Numbered from the stretch's first letter, positions 54,788-64,000 are shown. The stretch: 64,000 nt of DNA from Mesorhizobium sp. ZC-5 (GCF_025753855.1 NZ_JAOWPT010000004.1:167871-231870); one strand, 5' to 3'. Notes: generated from the letters alone by a model not told the origin. A program made the numbers and translations.

Positions 54788-54874
54788 CCGCTCTGTCCAG
54801 CATCGGGTTGCGCGGCGGCATCATTGGTCTAGATTGACCTCCGCGCCTAGCGGAAAAACGTCAGGGAGGACGCC

Positions 54875-56050
54875 ATGGACGCCGTCGCCAACGGGACTTC
54901 CGGCCAGTTCGAACTGAACGAAGACCAGCGCGCCATCCAGGAGATGGCCCGAGCCTTCGCCGAAGACCGCGTCGCGCCCAACGCGCTCGAATGGGACAAG
55001 AAGCGCCATTTCCCCGATGATGTCATCCGCGAGACCGGCCCGCTCGGCCTCGGCGGCATCTACATCAGGGACGATGTCGGCGGCTCGGGACTTGGCCGGC
55101 TCGACGCCGTGCTGATCTTCGAAGCGCTGTCGCAGGCCTGCCCGGCCTTTGCCTCCTTCATTTCCATCCACAACATGGCATCATGGATGATCGACACATT
55201 CGGCAGCGAGGAGCAGCGCCAGCGCTTCCTGCCGAACCTCACGTCGATGGAGCTTTTGGCCAGCTATTGCCTGACCGAACCCGGATCGGGTTCGGACGCA
55301 GCGGCGCTGAAGACCCGCGCCGTGCGCTCCGGTGGCAACGGCAGCGACTATGTCCTCAACGGCGCCAAGCAGTTCATCTCAGGTGCCGGCGACAGCGATG
55401 TCTATGTCACCATGGTGCGGACCGGTGAAGACGGGCCGAAGGGCATTTCCACCCTCGTCATCCCTAAGGATGCACCCGGCCTTTCGTTCGGCGCGGTCGA
55501 GAACAAGATGGGCTGGCACATGCAGTCCACCCGCTCGGTGATCTTCGAGGATTGCAAGGTTCCGGCCGAAAACCTTTTGACCGGCGAAGGCGCCGGTTTT
55601 CGCATCGCCATGGCCGGCCTGGACGGCGGCCGCTTGAACATCGCAGCCTGCTCGCTGGGCGGCGCGCAATCGGCGCTCGACAAGGCGCTGGGTTATGCCG
55701 GCGAGCGCAAGGCATTCGGCCAGAAGATCAACCAGTTCCAGGCGCTGCAGTTCAAGCTGGCCGACATGGAGACCGAACTGCAGGCCTCGCGCATGCTGCT
55801 CTATACGGCCGCATCGAAGCTTGATCGCAAGGCGCCTGATGCCGGCAAGTGGTCGGCAATGGCCAAGCGCTTCGTCACCGACACCGGCTTCGGCATCGCC
55901 AACGACGCGCTGCAGATTTTCGGCGGCTACGGCTATCTGCACGACTACGGCATCGAAAAGCTGGTTCGCGACCTGCGTGTCCACCAGATTCTCGAAGGCA
56001 CCAACGAGATCATGCGCGTCATCATCGCGCGCGCGCTGATCGGGAGGTGA
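54875..56050 (+). CDS. Acyl-CoA dehydrogenase (isobutyryl-CoA dehydrogenase-like)
   Basis: 391 aa with ACAD N, M and C domains. C-terminal catalytic Glu context (IFGGYGY...IYEGTNEI-like: ILEGTNEIMRVII). Confidence 0.85.
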   Translation: MDAVANGTSGQFELNEDQRAIQEMARAFAEDRVAPNALEWDKKRHFPDDVIRETGPLGLGGIYIRDDVGGSGLGRLDAVLIFEALSQACPAFASFISIHNMASWMIDTFGSEEQRQRFLPNLTSMELLASYCLTEPGSGSDAAALKTRAVRSGGNGSDYVLNGAKQFISGAGDSDVYVTMVRTGEDGPKGISTLVIPKDAPGLSFGAVENKMGWHMQSTRSVIFEDCKVPAENLLTGEGAGFRIAMAGLDGGRLNIAACSLGGAQSALDKALGYAGERKAFGQKINQFQALQFKLADMETELQASRMLLYTAASKLDRKAPDAGKWSAMAKRFVTDTGFGIANDALQIFGGYGYLHDYGIEKLVRDLRVHQILEGTNEIMRVIIARALIGR

Positions 56051-56051
56051 G

Positions 56052-56381
56052 ATGACGGCGCGCCTCCGTCTGTCAATTGCACTAGCCCTTGCAATGATCG
56101 CGAGCGCGGCCGGCGGCAACGAAACCAGCGATTTCCCCGCGGTGGACTCAGCGGGATATTGCCGCATGATCATGGACAGCAATCCGGCAAGCTCGCTGAC
56201 GCCCGGCCTTTTCGATACATGCATGAGCGGCGAAAAAGACGCCGAGCACCAGGCGCTAGCACGGTGGGATGCAGCAAGTTCGGACATCAAAACGCAATGC
56301 CGGAGCATCGCCAAGCTCGGTGATCACTATTCTTACGGGCTCATCCTGGGATGCATCCGATATCTGGAGCAGAAGATATGA
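56052..56381 (+). CDS. Small secreted cysteine-containing hypothetical protein. Translationally coupled to the upstream ACAD gene.
   Basis: RBS gggagg. Signal peptide MTARLRLSIALALAMIASAA. 4 Cys in the mature ~89 aa. Confidence 0.5.
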   Translation: MTARLRLSIALALAMIASAAGGNETSDFPAVDSAGYCRMIMDSNPASSLTPGLFDTCMSGEKDAEHQALARWDAASSDIKTQCRSIAKLGDHYSYGLILGCIRYLEQKI

Positions 56382-56400
56382 CGAAAGGGAGACACCGCCC

Positions 56401-57285
56401 ATGACCACCATCGCCTTCATCGGCCTCGGCAACATGGGCAACCCGATGGCTGCCAATCTCGTCAAGGCTGGGCACACGGTCCACGGTTTCGACCTGGTCC
56501 CGGAAAACCTGACGACCGCCAAGGAAAACGGCGTCGTGGTGATGGCCAATGCGCCGGCCGCGATCAAGGATGCCGAGGTGGTGATCACCATGCTGCCCGC
56601 CGGCAAGCACGTGCTCTCGGTCTACGAGGACATCGCGCCAAAAGCCGAAAAAGGTACGCTTTTTATCGACTCGTCGACGATCGACGTCGAATCGGCGCGC
56701 AAAGCCCATGCAATTGCCGCGAAACATGGACTGTTGTCGATCGACGCGCCGGTTTCCGGCGGCACCGGTGGCGCCGTCGCGGGCACGCTCACCTTCATGG
56801 CCGGCGGTGAGAAGGATGCGTTCGCCAGGGCTGAGCCGATCCTGAAGCCGATGGCGGGCCGCATCGTCCATTGCGGCGATGCCGGCGCCGGACAGGCAGC
56901 CAAGATCTGCAACAACATGATCCTCGGCATCTCGATGATCGGTGTCGGCGAAGCCTTCGTTCTGGCGGAGAAACTCGGCCTGTCGCACCAGGCGCTGTTC
57001 GACGTGGCGTCCACCTCGTCGGGCCAGTGCTGGTCGCTCACCACCTACTGCCCGGTACCCGGCCCGGTGCCGACTTCGCCGGCCAACCGCGACTACAAGC
57101 CCGGCTTTGCGGCTGCCCTGATGCTCAAAGACCTCAAACTTGCTCAGGAGGCCGCTCAAAGCGCGGGGGCTGTGACCCCTCTGGGCGCCGAGGCGACCCA
57201 GCTTTATGCCCTGTTCAACGCGCAGGGCGGCGCCGGCTTCGACTTTTCCGGCATCATCAATTTCCTGCGTGGTGACGCTGCGTAA
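56401..57285 (+). CDS. mmsB: 3-hydroxyisobutyrate dehydrogenase
   Basis: MTTIAFIGLGNMGNPMAANL Rossmann N-terminus, 295 aa. Confidence 0.8.
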   Translation: MTTIAFIGLGNMGNPMAANLVKAGHTVHGFDLVPENLTTAKENGVVVMANAPAAIKDAEVVITMLPAGKHVLSVYEDIAPKAEKGTLFIDSSTIDVESARKAHAIAAKHGLLSIDAPVSGGTGGAVAGTLTFMAGGEKDAFARAEPILKPMAGRIVHCGDAGAGQAAKICNNMILGISMIGVGEAFVLAEKLGLSHQALFDVASTSSGQCWSLTTYCPVPGPVPTSPANRDYKPGFAAALMLKDLKLAQEAAQSAGAVTPLGAEATQLYALFNAQGGAGFDFSGIINFLRGDAA

Positions 57286-57555
57286 CCGCCTTCGTCCACA
57301 TCTTTCGGCCGCGCCTGCCAAAAAATAGGCAAATTTAGGTTTGCTTAAGCTCTCGATAACCACGCAGTAACGATGTCCGTCTAAAACAGATCACGAGGCG
57401 GTCATCGCAGCCGCCCACCGCTCCGGATCAGGTCTCGCGTACCGGAGCTGTTACCTTCGCCGTGTGCAGTTCGCGAAGGGCCAAGCGTACAGTGGCAAAG
57501 CCGCGTTCCCGGTTGGGGCGCGGTTTTTGCGTTGGTGCTTGCGCCAAAATAGCGA

Positions 57556-58200
57556 TCAAATTCCAAGCGAGCCACTCGGTATGGCCAGGTTGTCCTTGTT
57601 CTTCAGGACCAGCGGCGTGTCGGACCCGTCGACTTGCAACAAGACCAGACGCAAATCCCAGATGCCGTTGGTGCGAACCCCTCGGGAAACGACCCGTCCG
57701 GAGCCCTTGCTGCCGCTGAGAGGGATACTGAGTTGGGCGTCGCCGCTACCATCGATATCGATGCTGATGTTGCCGTTCACCCAGAATCCCGCCTCGATGT
57801 TGTCCCCGAGAGCCGCCTTGGCTGTCGCGCTGCTGCGCACCTCCTGCATCGTCAATGCGTAAGTCAGGCTGTTTTTCAGTGCCGACATCACGCCGAACGT
57901 CAGGCCGACGGCCAGCAAAAGCGCTCCCGCCCAGACGATGATGCCTGCGATTGCCCATTTGCGCTGAACACTGCGGAAATGCTCCGCGTCACGCCACGCA
58001 CGGTTGCGCCATGCCCAACGGCTGCCGCGGGCGCCAAGCACGAAGATCATGACGATATTGACCAGCGGCACGAACATCAAAAGCGCGATGAAGACGCTGT
58101 TGCCGATCCCCCAGATCCAATTGAGGAGGAAAGCGCCCCAGTTCCAGCGGTCGAGGTCCGCAGGAATTTCAGCAGGATTGTTGAGCGGCTGGTCGGCCAT
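57556..58200 (-). CDS. Hypothetical membrane protein (N-terminal 2 TM plus a periplasmic domain, Coa1/DUF-like)
   Basis: Start at MADQPLNN after RBS gaggac. WNWGAFLLNWIWGIGNSVFIALLMFVPLVNIVMIFVLG. Confidence 0.5.
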   Translation of the reverse strand: MADQPLNNPAEIPADLDRWNWGAFLLNWIWGIGNSVFIALLMFVPLVNIVMIFVLGARGSRWAWRNRAWRDAEHFRSVQRKWAIAGIIVWAGALLLAVGLTFGVMSALKNSLTYALTMQEVRSSATAKAALGDNIEAGFWVNGNISIDIDGSGDAQLSIPLSGSKGSGRVVSRGVRTNGIWDLRLVLLQVDGSDTPLVLKNKDNLAIPSGSLGI

Positions 58201-58277
58201 GCTGTCCTCACGTTCAAACAACCGGTCGGAACCTAGGACGTTCCGCCCGGCCTCACAACTTCAGGTAGGATTTTCGC

Positions 58278-58649
58278 TCAACCCTGCCGGGTGCGGGCCA
58301 GTCGCTTGAAATTGGCCTTCACCTTTCGGCCCGCCGGCTTCAGCGCGGCATTCATCGAGCGCTCGGCTGCAACGCCGTTGAGGACCGACGGCGTCTTGCC
58401 GGACAGCACCTCCGGCCAGAAGCGCCAGACCGACTGGATCAGCGACATCTGGGCGGCAAACATGCCTTCCGCGATGGCTGCGTTCTTCTCCGTGATGGCG
58501 CGCTGCGTTTCGAGGCCGAGCATAGTCACGCCGCGGTGCTCGCTCGCCATCAGCGGCAGCCGCATGGCGGCAACCATCGGCGCCAGCATCAGGTTTCCCG
58601 CGATCGTCACGGTCTCGCGCGCCGCGTTGCGGTTGCTACGGCTTGTCAT
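58278..58649 (-). CDS. Hypothetical protein. This is a weak call, and an alternative ORF lies on the opposite strand.
   Basis: ~123 aa, no motif. Confidence 0.25.
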   Translation of the reverse strand: MTSRSNRNAARETVTIAGNLMLAPMVAAMRLPLMASEHRGVTMLGLETQRAITEKNAAIAEGMFAAQMSLIQSVWRFWPEVLSGKTPSVLNGVAAERSMNAALKPAGRKVKANFKRLARTRQG

Positions 58650-58738
58650 GAATATGTCCCTCGCGCCCCGATCAGGGCTCAACGCAACGCCCGGATCATC
58701 CGATCGTTCCTGTATCTAATCTTGAATGACACGACCTG

Positions 58739-59149
58739 TCAGCCGCGCGGCTCGAACTGGACGTCGACCGGCGGTCGCAACCCGTTTGCCAGCCGGTTAG
58801 TCTCATTGGCCATGCCGACGACAGCAAGCAACTCCATCAATTGCGCCTCGGTCAGGCCCTTCGAGCGCGCCGAAGCGGTGTGCGAATAGGTGCAATACTC
58901 GCATCCATTGGTCGCCGATACGGCGATGTAGATCATTTCCTTGGTGAGCGGATCGAGCGCGCCGGGCGCCATCACGTCGCGCAGCGTTTCCCAGGTGCGT
59001 TTCAACAACGCCGGATCATGCGCCAGAACCTTCCAGAAATTGTTGATCCAGTCGACCTTGCGCGTCTGCATGATGTCGTCATAGACGGCGCGCACCGCGT
59101 CGTCCGCCATTTCATATTCGATCAGGGGAACGATCGCTTTTCCGCTCAT
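58739..59149 (-). CDS. Carboxymuconolactone decarboxylase (AhpD-like) family protein
   Basis: CMD-family CxxC-type motif NGCEYCTYSH. Confidence 0.7.
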   Translation of the reverse strand: MSGKAIVPLIEYEMADDAVRAVYDDIMQTRKVDWINNFWKVLAHDPALLKRTWETLRDVMAPGALDPLTKEMIYIAVSATNGCEYCTYSHTASARSKGLTEAQLMELLAVVGMANETNRLANGLRPPVDVQFEPRG

Positions 59150-59205
59150 CCAGGGCCACTCCTTTTTCGGGCAGGTCCAGTTTTGGACCTGCCCGGCTTT
59201 CCTTA

Positions 59206-60588
59206 TCAGGATTTGCCGCGCAAATCGGCTTCGGCAAGGTCAATCGCCCTGGCAATGCGGTCGCAGGCCATGTCGATGGTCTCGCGCGTCCAGATCAGCG
59301 GTGGCGACATGATCATCGTATCGCCGGTCGCCCGCATCATCATGCCGTTGGCGATGGCGTGGTCGCGGATGACCACCGCGGCAGAGCCGGGTTCCTGGAA
59401 ACGCTCACGCGTTTTCTTGTCCTTGACGATCTCGATGGCGGCGAGGAAACCGAAGGTACGAACCTCGCCGACAAGGCCATGCGGGGCGATCCGCGCCTGA
59501 AGCTGTTCGGCAAGATAAGGCCCGGTATCGTTCTTCACCCGCTCGATCATGCCCTCGCGTTCGATGATCTCGAGATTCTTCAAGGCGACCGCGCAGGCCA
59601 CGGGATGGCCTGAATAGGTATAGCCGTGAAAGAACTCGCCGCCCTTCTCGATCACCGTCGCAGCCACCCGGTCGCCGACTAGCAATGCCGACAGCGGCTG
59701 GTAACCCGAGGTCAGCGCCTTGGCGGTGGTGATGGTGTCCGGCTCGATGTCCATCGCCTGCGCGGCAAACCATTCCCCGGTGCGGCCATAGCCGGTGATG
59801 ACCTCGTCGAGCATCAGCAGCACATCATGCTTGCGACAGATGCGCTGGATTTCGGGCCAATAGCTGGCCGGCGGAATCTTGACGCCGCCGGCGCCCTGGA
59901 TCGGTTCGCCGATGAAGGCGGCGACGTTATCCGCACCGGCTTCGAGAATGGCATCCTCGACCGCCTTGGCCGCGCGCAAACCGAAGTCGTGATCGCTTTC
60001 GCCGGGCAGCGCCAATTCGTAGGCATAAGGCATCATCACGTGGACGATGTTAGGCACCGCTCCGCCGAGTTGCCCATGCATGCCCTCCATGCCGCCGAGC
60101 GACGTGCCGGCGATGGTCGAGCCGTGATAGGCCATCTGCCGCGAGATGATGCGGTTCTTCTGCGGCTTGCCTTCGAGCGCCCAGAAATGGCGGACAAGCC
60201 GCAGGGCGGTGTCGTTGGCCTCCGAACCGGATGAACCGAAGAACACCTGGTTGATGTTCTTCGGCGCGAGCCCGGCGATCTTCTGGGCCAGCAGCGTCGG
60301 GGTCGGCGTCGAGCATTTGAAGAAGTTGTTGTAGTAAGGCAATTCCTTCATCTGCTCGTAGGCCGCTTCGGCGAGTTCGGTGCGGCCATAGCCGATATTG
60401 ACGCACCACAGCCCGGCCATGCCGTCGAGTATCTCGTTGCCCTCGCTGTCGTAGATAAACGGCCCATCGGCGCGGGTGATCATGCGCGATCCGGCGCCGC
60501 GCAATTCCTTGTGGTCGGTGAATGGATGGAGATGATGCGCGGCGTCGATCGCCTGCAACTGCTTGAGCGAATAGTTCTGATAAGTCAT
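59206..60588 (-). CDS. Class-III (omega) aminotransferase
   Basis: Start at MTYQNYSLKQ after RBS ggaagga. PLP lysine context (DEVITGYGRTG ... TTAKALTSGY). Confidence 0.8.
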   Translation of the reverse strand: MTYQNYSLKQLQAIDAAHHLHPFTDHKELRGAGSRMITRADGPFIYDSEGNEILDGMAGLWCVNIGYGRTELAEAAYEQMKELPYYNNFFKCSTPTPTLLAQKIAGLAPKNINQVFFGSSGSEANDTALRLVRHFWALEGKPQKNRIISRQMAYHGSTIAGTSLGGMEGMHGQLGGAVPNIVHVMMPYAYELALPGESDHDFGLRAAKAVEDAILEAGADNVAAFIGEPIQGAGGVKIPPASYWPEIQRICRKHDVLLMLDEVITGYGRTGEWFAAQAMDIEPDTITTAKALTSGYQPLSALLVGDRVAATVIEKGGEFFHGYTYSGHPVACAVALKNLEIIEREGMIERVKNDTGPYLAEQLQARIAPHGLVGEVRTFGFLAAIEIVKDKKTRERFQEPGSAAVVIRDHAIANGMMMRATGDTMIMSPPLIWTRETIDMACDRIARAIDLAEADLRGKS

Positions 60589-60855
60589 GGACTTGGTCCT
60601 TCCAGTTGAATCGAACCGGCAACAGCCGGTGACGGACTCAAAGGAAGGCGGGTGGCGAATATCCGATGCGGGCGCAAAGCCGCAACAGCTCGGCATGGCG
60701 CGTACGCGCCGACGGGGTCGACGCGCCGAGCACCAGCATTGCCGGGAATACCATGCAGCATGTCATGGCCATCATCTTAGGCTTGGCCGGTCCGTCAGTT
60801 CAAGCGCCAAGCGACCTGTACAGGAAGACCAGTCCCATGGCGTGCGTGAAGCCAA

Positions 60856-62031
60856 TCATCGCCTGGCTTCGGCATCCCGGCGGCGGGAAAACTGGAACCC
60901 CGCGAGGGTGACACACAACAATCCCAACGTCAGCGGAAAGCCCTGTACGCCGACCACATCCATCACCGCTCCGGTCACCGGCGGCCCGACGATGCCGCCA
61001 ATACCCCAGAACATGGCGAACGCGGCGTTGCCGGCGATCAGCATCGAACCGGAAAAGCGTTCACCGAGTTCGATCAGCGTCATCGTGTAGATGCCGAACG
61101 ACACCGCGCCCCAGACGAAAGCGATCGGCCAGACAAGCGCCGTGTTGAAGGACCACGGCAGGAGCAGGCAGCCGAGCGCAGTGGTCAGCGCGCAGAAAAT
61201 CAGCGCCCGCCGCGCACCTTGCCGTTCGGCGAGCATGCCGAGGGGAATCTGCAGTGCGATGTTCCCCGCAACGAATACCGCGAGCAGGGTCGATATCTTT
61301 GCCTCGGAACCACCGAAACCCTTGCCGTAGACCGACATGAGCGCCAGCGTCACCTGCTCGAACGCCGCCGCCGCGAACACGGCAAACAGCAGAAGCCGCG
61401 CCTGCGGCACGAAACGCATGACCGACGCCTGCTCGTGTCCATCATTGAAATCCGGCAGCCGTGGCAGCACCCATAGCAGGCAGAGCGCACAGAACATGAA
61501 AGCCACGATACCGACCATGAAGGGCGGCCAGCCCTGCGTTCCGACGATGGTCAGCGCAAGCGGTCCTGTCGCAAAGCCTGCGGAAATGATCGAGGTATAG
61601 AGGCCCATGATGCGGCCCCGCTTTGCCGGCGGGGTCAGCGCAATCATCCAGGTTTCGCTGATCACGTAGAGCGGGTTGACCGAAAGGCCGAGCAGGAACC
61701 GCAAAGGGAACCACAGCCAGACGTTTTGCTGCCAGCCGATGAGCGCGAGCAGCAGCGCTGCAAGACCAGCGCAGGCCAGCGCCGTTCGCCCTGCCCCGAA
61801 GCGCCGCGACAGCCACGGAATGAGCGGGGCCGAAAGGATGAAGCCCAGAGGCGTCATCGCCGCCGACAGGCCGATCAGGCTGGGTGACATGCCCTGGCGC
61901 TGCAGGATGAAGCTTAGCAGCGGATAGCTGAGACCCTGGGCGATCGCGAACACGGAAACGGTGGCGATGACGCCGGCAAGGGCCGCCCATGGCGTCTTCG
62001 CTGCGCTGCCCGACACTCCCTGCTCGATCAT
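60856..62031 (-). CDS. MFS transporter
   Basis: 391 aa, 12 TM. Confidence 0.75.
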   Translation of the reverse strand: MIEQGVSGSAAKTPWAALAGVIATVSVFAIAQGLSYPLLSFILQRQGMSPSLIGLSAAMTPLGFILSAPLIPWLSRRFGAGRTALACAGLAALLLALIGWQQNVWLWFPLRFLLGLSVNPLYVISETWMIALTPPAKRGRIMGLYTSIISAGFATGPLALTIVGTQGWPPFMVGIVAFMFCALCLLWVLPRLPDFNDGHEQASVMRFVPQARLLLFAVFAAAAFEQVTLALMSVYGKGFGGSEAKISTLLAVFVAGNIALQIPLGMLAERQGARRALIFCALTTALGCLLLPWSFNTALVWPIAFVWGAVSFGIYTMTLIELGERFSGSMLIAGNAAFAMFWGIGGIVGPPVTGAVMDVVGVQGFPLTLGLLCVTLAGFQFSRRRDAEARR

Positions 62032-62118
62032 TCCTTTTTGCCCTGCCGGATGCCGCGCTCATTGGCGATGCGGCAATCCATGCCATCTGCGGGTTGCTGT
62101 TTCATAGCGGCAGCAGGC

Positions 62119-63264
62119 TCAATCGATGCCGCCAGCGTCAGAGAAGCGGCCGATGCGGAACCTGCCGATGTCATGCGACGTCGTTCCGCCGGTTGCCAGA
62201 TCGGCCAGGACCTCGCCGACGACGCTGGCGAACTTGAAGCCATGGCCCGAACAGGGCGAGGCAACGACGATACGCGGATCGGATGGTGCGAGATCGATGA
62301 CGAAATCCTCATCCGGCGTCATCGTGTACATGCAGGTCTTCATGCCCTTGAGAGGCCCGGCCGCTTGCGGCAGGTAGCGCTCCAGAAACGCCCGTGTCCG
62401 GGCTTCATCGGCCGGTCCAGCATCCTGCCGTGCCGCATCCGCATGCGCGATGACGCCGCTGCCGTAATGCGACGCACATTTGAAGCCGGTGCCGGCGAAA
62501 TCCGGAAAACCGTAGACGATGTCTTCGCCGTCATCGATCGCGAACACCGGCAATTTGCCGAGCCCAAACAGTTCGGGCTGTTTCGGTTCGTACCAGCACA
62601 ACACCTGCCGCTTGATGAAAAGCTGCGGTTTGAGTTCCGGTACCAGATCGGTGATCCACGCTCCCACCGATACCACCACCGATGCGGCTTCAATCGCGCG
62701 GCCTGGCAATGCCAGCTTGACGGCGTCGGGCGACGATTCAATCGCCTCGACACGGCTTCCGGCCAGAATCTCGGCGCTCGCCTCCCGCGCCAGCTTCAGA
62801 TGCAGTGCGTTGGCGAGTTCCGGCTTCAGGAAGCCGCCCTCGGGTTGCCAGATCGCCGAATGGCCGGCGGGCATGCGGAACGCCGGGAAACGGCGCATGA
62901 TTTCGGCAGCGTCCAGCAACTCATAGTCGAGACCGTGCAGGATGCAGGCATCGAGCGATCCTTGCAGCATGCGGCTCTCAGGCGCACCGGCTTCCAGGAT
63001 ACCGGTGGTGGTCAGCACCGTCTCGCCAGTCAGCCGTTCCAACTCGCGCCAGTTTTCGAAGGCGCTGCGCACCAGCGGCACGTAGGACGGATGTTCGGAG
63101 TAGCCGAGCCGGATCGCCCTGCTCTCGCCGTGCGAAGAGCCTCGATCGTGGCCAGGGGTGAACTGCTCGATGCCGATGACGCGCTTGCCGCGCCGCGCCA
63201 GATGGAAAAGCGCGGCGCTGCCCATCGCGCCGAGACCGACGACGGCGACGTCATAGACGCTCAA
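62119..63264 (-). CDS. FAD-dependent N-methyl amino-acid oxidase (monomeric sarcosine oxidase / MTOX-like)
   Basis: N-terminal FAD fingerprint YDVAVVGLGAMGSAA. C-terminal SPCSGHGFK with the Cys of covalent flavinylation. Confidence 0.8.
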   Translation of the reverse strand: MSVYDVAVVGLGAMGSAALFHLARRGKRVIGIEQFTPGHDRGSSHGESRAIRLGYSEHPSYVPLVRSAFENWRELERLTGETVLTTTGILEAGAPESRMLQGSLDACILHGLDYELLDAAEIMRRFPAFRMPAGHSAIWQPEGGFLKPELANALHLKLAREASAEILAGSRVEAIESSPDAVKLALPGRAIEAASVVVSVGAWITDLVPELKPQLFIKRQVLCWYEPKQPELFGLGKLPVFAIDDGEDIVYGFPDFAGTGFKCASHYGSGVIAHADAARQDAGPADEARTRAFLERYLPQAAGPLKGMKTCMYTMTPDEDFVIDLAPSDPRIVVASPCSGHGFKFASVVGEVLADLATGGTTSHDIGRFRIGRFSDAGGID

Positions 63265-63380
63265 CTGGCTTCCCTTCCGGCATGTCGCTTCCCTCGCGCT
63301 AGTGGTCGTCGCTTCCGCAATGATGGAATCGCCGACGGTCCATTATGCCGGTGAAATTCCGCATGACCATGAGGCTAATC

Positions 63381-64000
63381 ATGACCGCTGCACTGCATCC
63401 AGCCGAGCCGGTTCTGGCCACCGATCGCAATCGCCGCGGCGGCCGCGCCGGCAAGCGCGCCGGCGGGTCGGCTGCCTTCGAGCAGCCGGCGTTCCGGCAG
63501 CTGAAAAACCCGCTGCAGCCGACCAGGCTGGTTTCGGAAGACGAACTGGAATCGATTCACCTCGCTTCACTGCGCGTGCTGAGGGAGATCGGCGTCGACG
63601 TTCTGCATGAAGGCGCCCGGCAGATCATGAAGGAGCACGGCGCCGATGTCCGTGACGGCGTCGAGCGCGTGCGTTTCGACAGCGACATGATCCTCGAGCT
63701 GATCGCGCATTGCCCCTCAGAATTCACCATCCACGCCCGTAATCCGGCGCACAATGTGCGGTTCGGCGGCGACAATCTGATCATTTCGATGATGGCGTCC
63801 GCGCCGAACTGCTCGGATCTCGATAGCGGCCGCAGACCGGGAAACCGCGAGGACTACCGCAATTTCCTCAAGCTCGCGCAGATGCACAACATCCTCAACT
63901 GCACCGGCGGCTACCCGGTCGAGCCGATCGACATTCATCCGTCAATCCGCCATCTCGAATGCATCCGCGATCTCAGCCTTTTGACTGACAAGGTGTTCCA
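63381..64000 (+). CDS. MttB-family (non-pyrrolysine) trimethylamine / glycine-betaine methyltransferase. The 3' end is truncated by the window edge.
   Basis: Own translation: MTAALHPAEPVLATDRNRRGGRAGKRAGGSAAFEQPAFRQLKNPLQPTRLVSEDELESIHLASLRVLREIGVDV... This is the typical MttB N-terminus. RBS gagg. It is not in the ORF track because there is no stop before the window end. Confidence 0.65.
   Translation, partial: MTAALHPAEPVLATDRNRRGGRAGKRAGGSAAFEQPAFRQLKNPLQPTRLVSEDELESIHLASLRVLREIGVDVLHEGARQIMKEHGADVRDGVERVRFDSDMILELIAHCPSEFTIHARNPAHNVRFGGDNLIISMMASAPNCSDLDSGRRPGNREDYRNFLKLAQMHNILNCTGGYPVEPIDIHPSIRHLECIRDLSLLTDKVF

Noticed and set aside
54788-54874. Cobalamin riboswitch upstream of the cupin-cobQ unit, or a SAM riboswitch upstream of the methyltransferase at 13993
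   Set aside because: The intergenic space before the cupin is only 87 bp, which is too short for a B12 element. The 13823-13992 leader does not match any SAM-I/II consensus I know. It is left as an unexplained structured leader.
58291-58719. 142-aa plus-strand ORF overlapping the weak minus-strand hypothetical at 58278..58649
   Set aside because: Neither strand has motif support and the plus-strand ORF lacks an RBS. I kept only a low-confidence call on the minus strand and flag the locus as uncertain.
1-64000. CRISPR arrays, IS elements or transposases, prophage genes, toxin-antitoxin pairs
   Set aside because: No regularly spaced short repeats, no transposase or integrase-like translations in any frame of the ORF track, and no phage structural genes. 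The XRE regulator at 25257 has no adjacent toxin-like partner.

Overview
This window looks like a high-GC chromosomal segment from an alphaproteobacterium of the Rhizobiales type (Mesorhizobium/Sinorhizobium-like): the gene content and the acpXL-type lipid A cluster point that way. It is densely coding on both strands. I found no IS element, integrase, prophage or CRISPR array.

Content in order:
- (1) 1-7535: a complete hemin-uptake locus. hmuV (truncated at the window edge), hmuU, hmuT, hmuS and hmuP sit on the minus strand. Divergent from them on the plus strand are the TonB-dependent receptor hmuR, a small secreted Cys protein whose start overlaps the hmuR stop, and an IsdG-type heme oxygenase (hmuQ-like). 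The hmuP/hmuR divergent promoter carries a RirA-type TGA-N9-TCA box.
- (2) 7549-7813: a ~265-bp nested-palindrome intergenic repeat element.
- (3) 7827-12075: putA with its divergent Lrp-type regulator.
- (4) 12113-19759: a cluster that looks xenobiotic-oriented. It holds a secreted hypothetical protein, an alpha/beta-hydrolase fused to a LuxR-type HTH, a SAM-dependent methyltransferase, a GST, a Tat-signal amidohydrolase, an outer-membrane beta-barrel protein, and a TetR regulator with a palindromic operator in front of a signal-peptide-bearing RidA protein.
- (5) 19765-21422: a di-heme cytochrome c peroxidase paired with a FixH-like membrane protein.
- (6) 21610-25016: sugar-acid genes (PfkB kinase, galM, gabD-like).
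- (7) 25257-28955: an accessory-looking module. An XRE regulator is divergent from a VIT-vWA protein that ends in an LPQTA sorting signal, followed by its dedicated proteobacterial sortase.
- (8) 28952-32573: an AEC-family transporter, a secreted histidine phosphatase, two tandem tRNA-like sequences with defective acceptor stems, and an SPFH protein.
- (9) 32748-37624: the acpXL / fabF2XL / fabF1XL / adh / lpxXL cluster for the very-long-chain fatty acid of lipid A. It lacks fabZXL.
- (10) 37628-42176: a translationally coupled operon of a molybdopterin catalytic subunit, a 4Fe-4S subunit and an NrfD/DmsC-type anchor. None carries a Tat signal, which matches a SoeABC-like cytoplasm-facing sulfite dehydrogenase.
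- (11) 42313-49287: an L,D-transpeptidase, an M20 peptidase and a Dpp-like ABC importer with a fused double ATPase.
- (12) 49289-64000: a TerB-like protein, a TSUP exporter, an AraC regulator, a VOC/glyoxalase protein, cupins, an orphan cobQ, an acyl-CoA dehydrogenase and mmsB with an inserted secreted Cys protein gene, membrane hypotheticals, a CMD-family protein, a class-III aminotransferase, an MFS transporter, an MSOX-like oxidase, and the 5' part of an MttB-family methyltransferase.

I consider the sortase/VIT-vWA module, the hydrolase-LuxR fusion, the Tat-less Mo-enzyme operon and the hmuR-linked secreted protein the most interesting candidates.

All calls are from reading the sequence and the supplied ORF translations. 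I ran no database searches or alignments.
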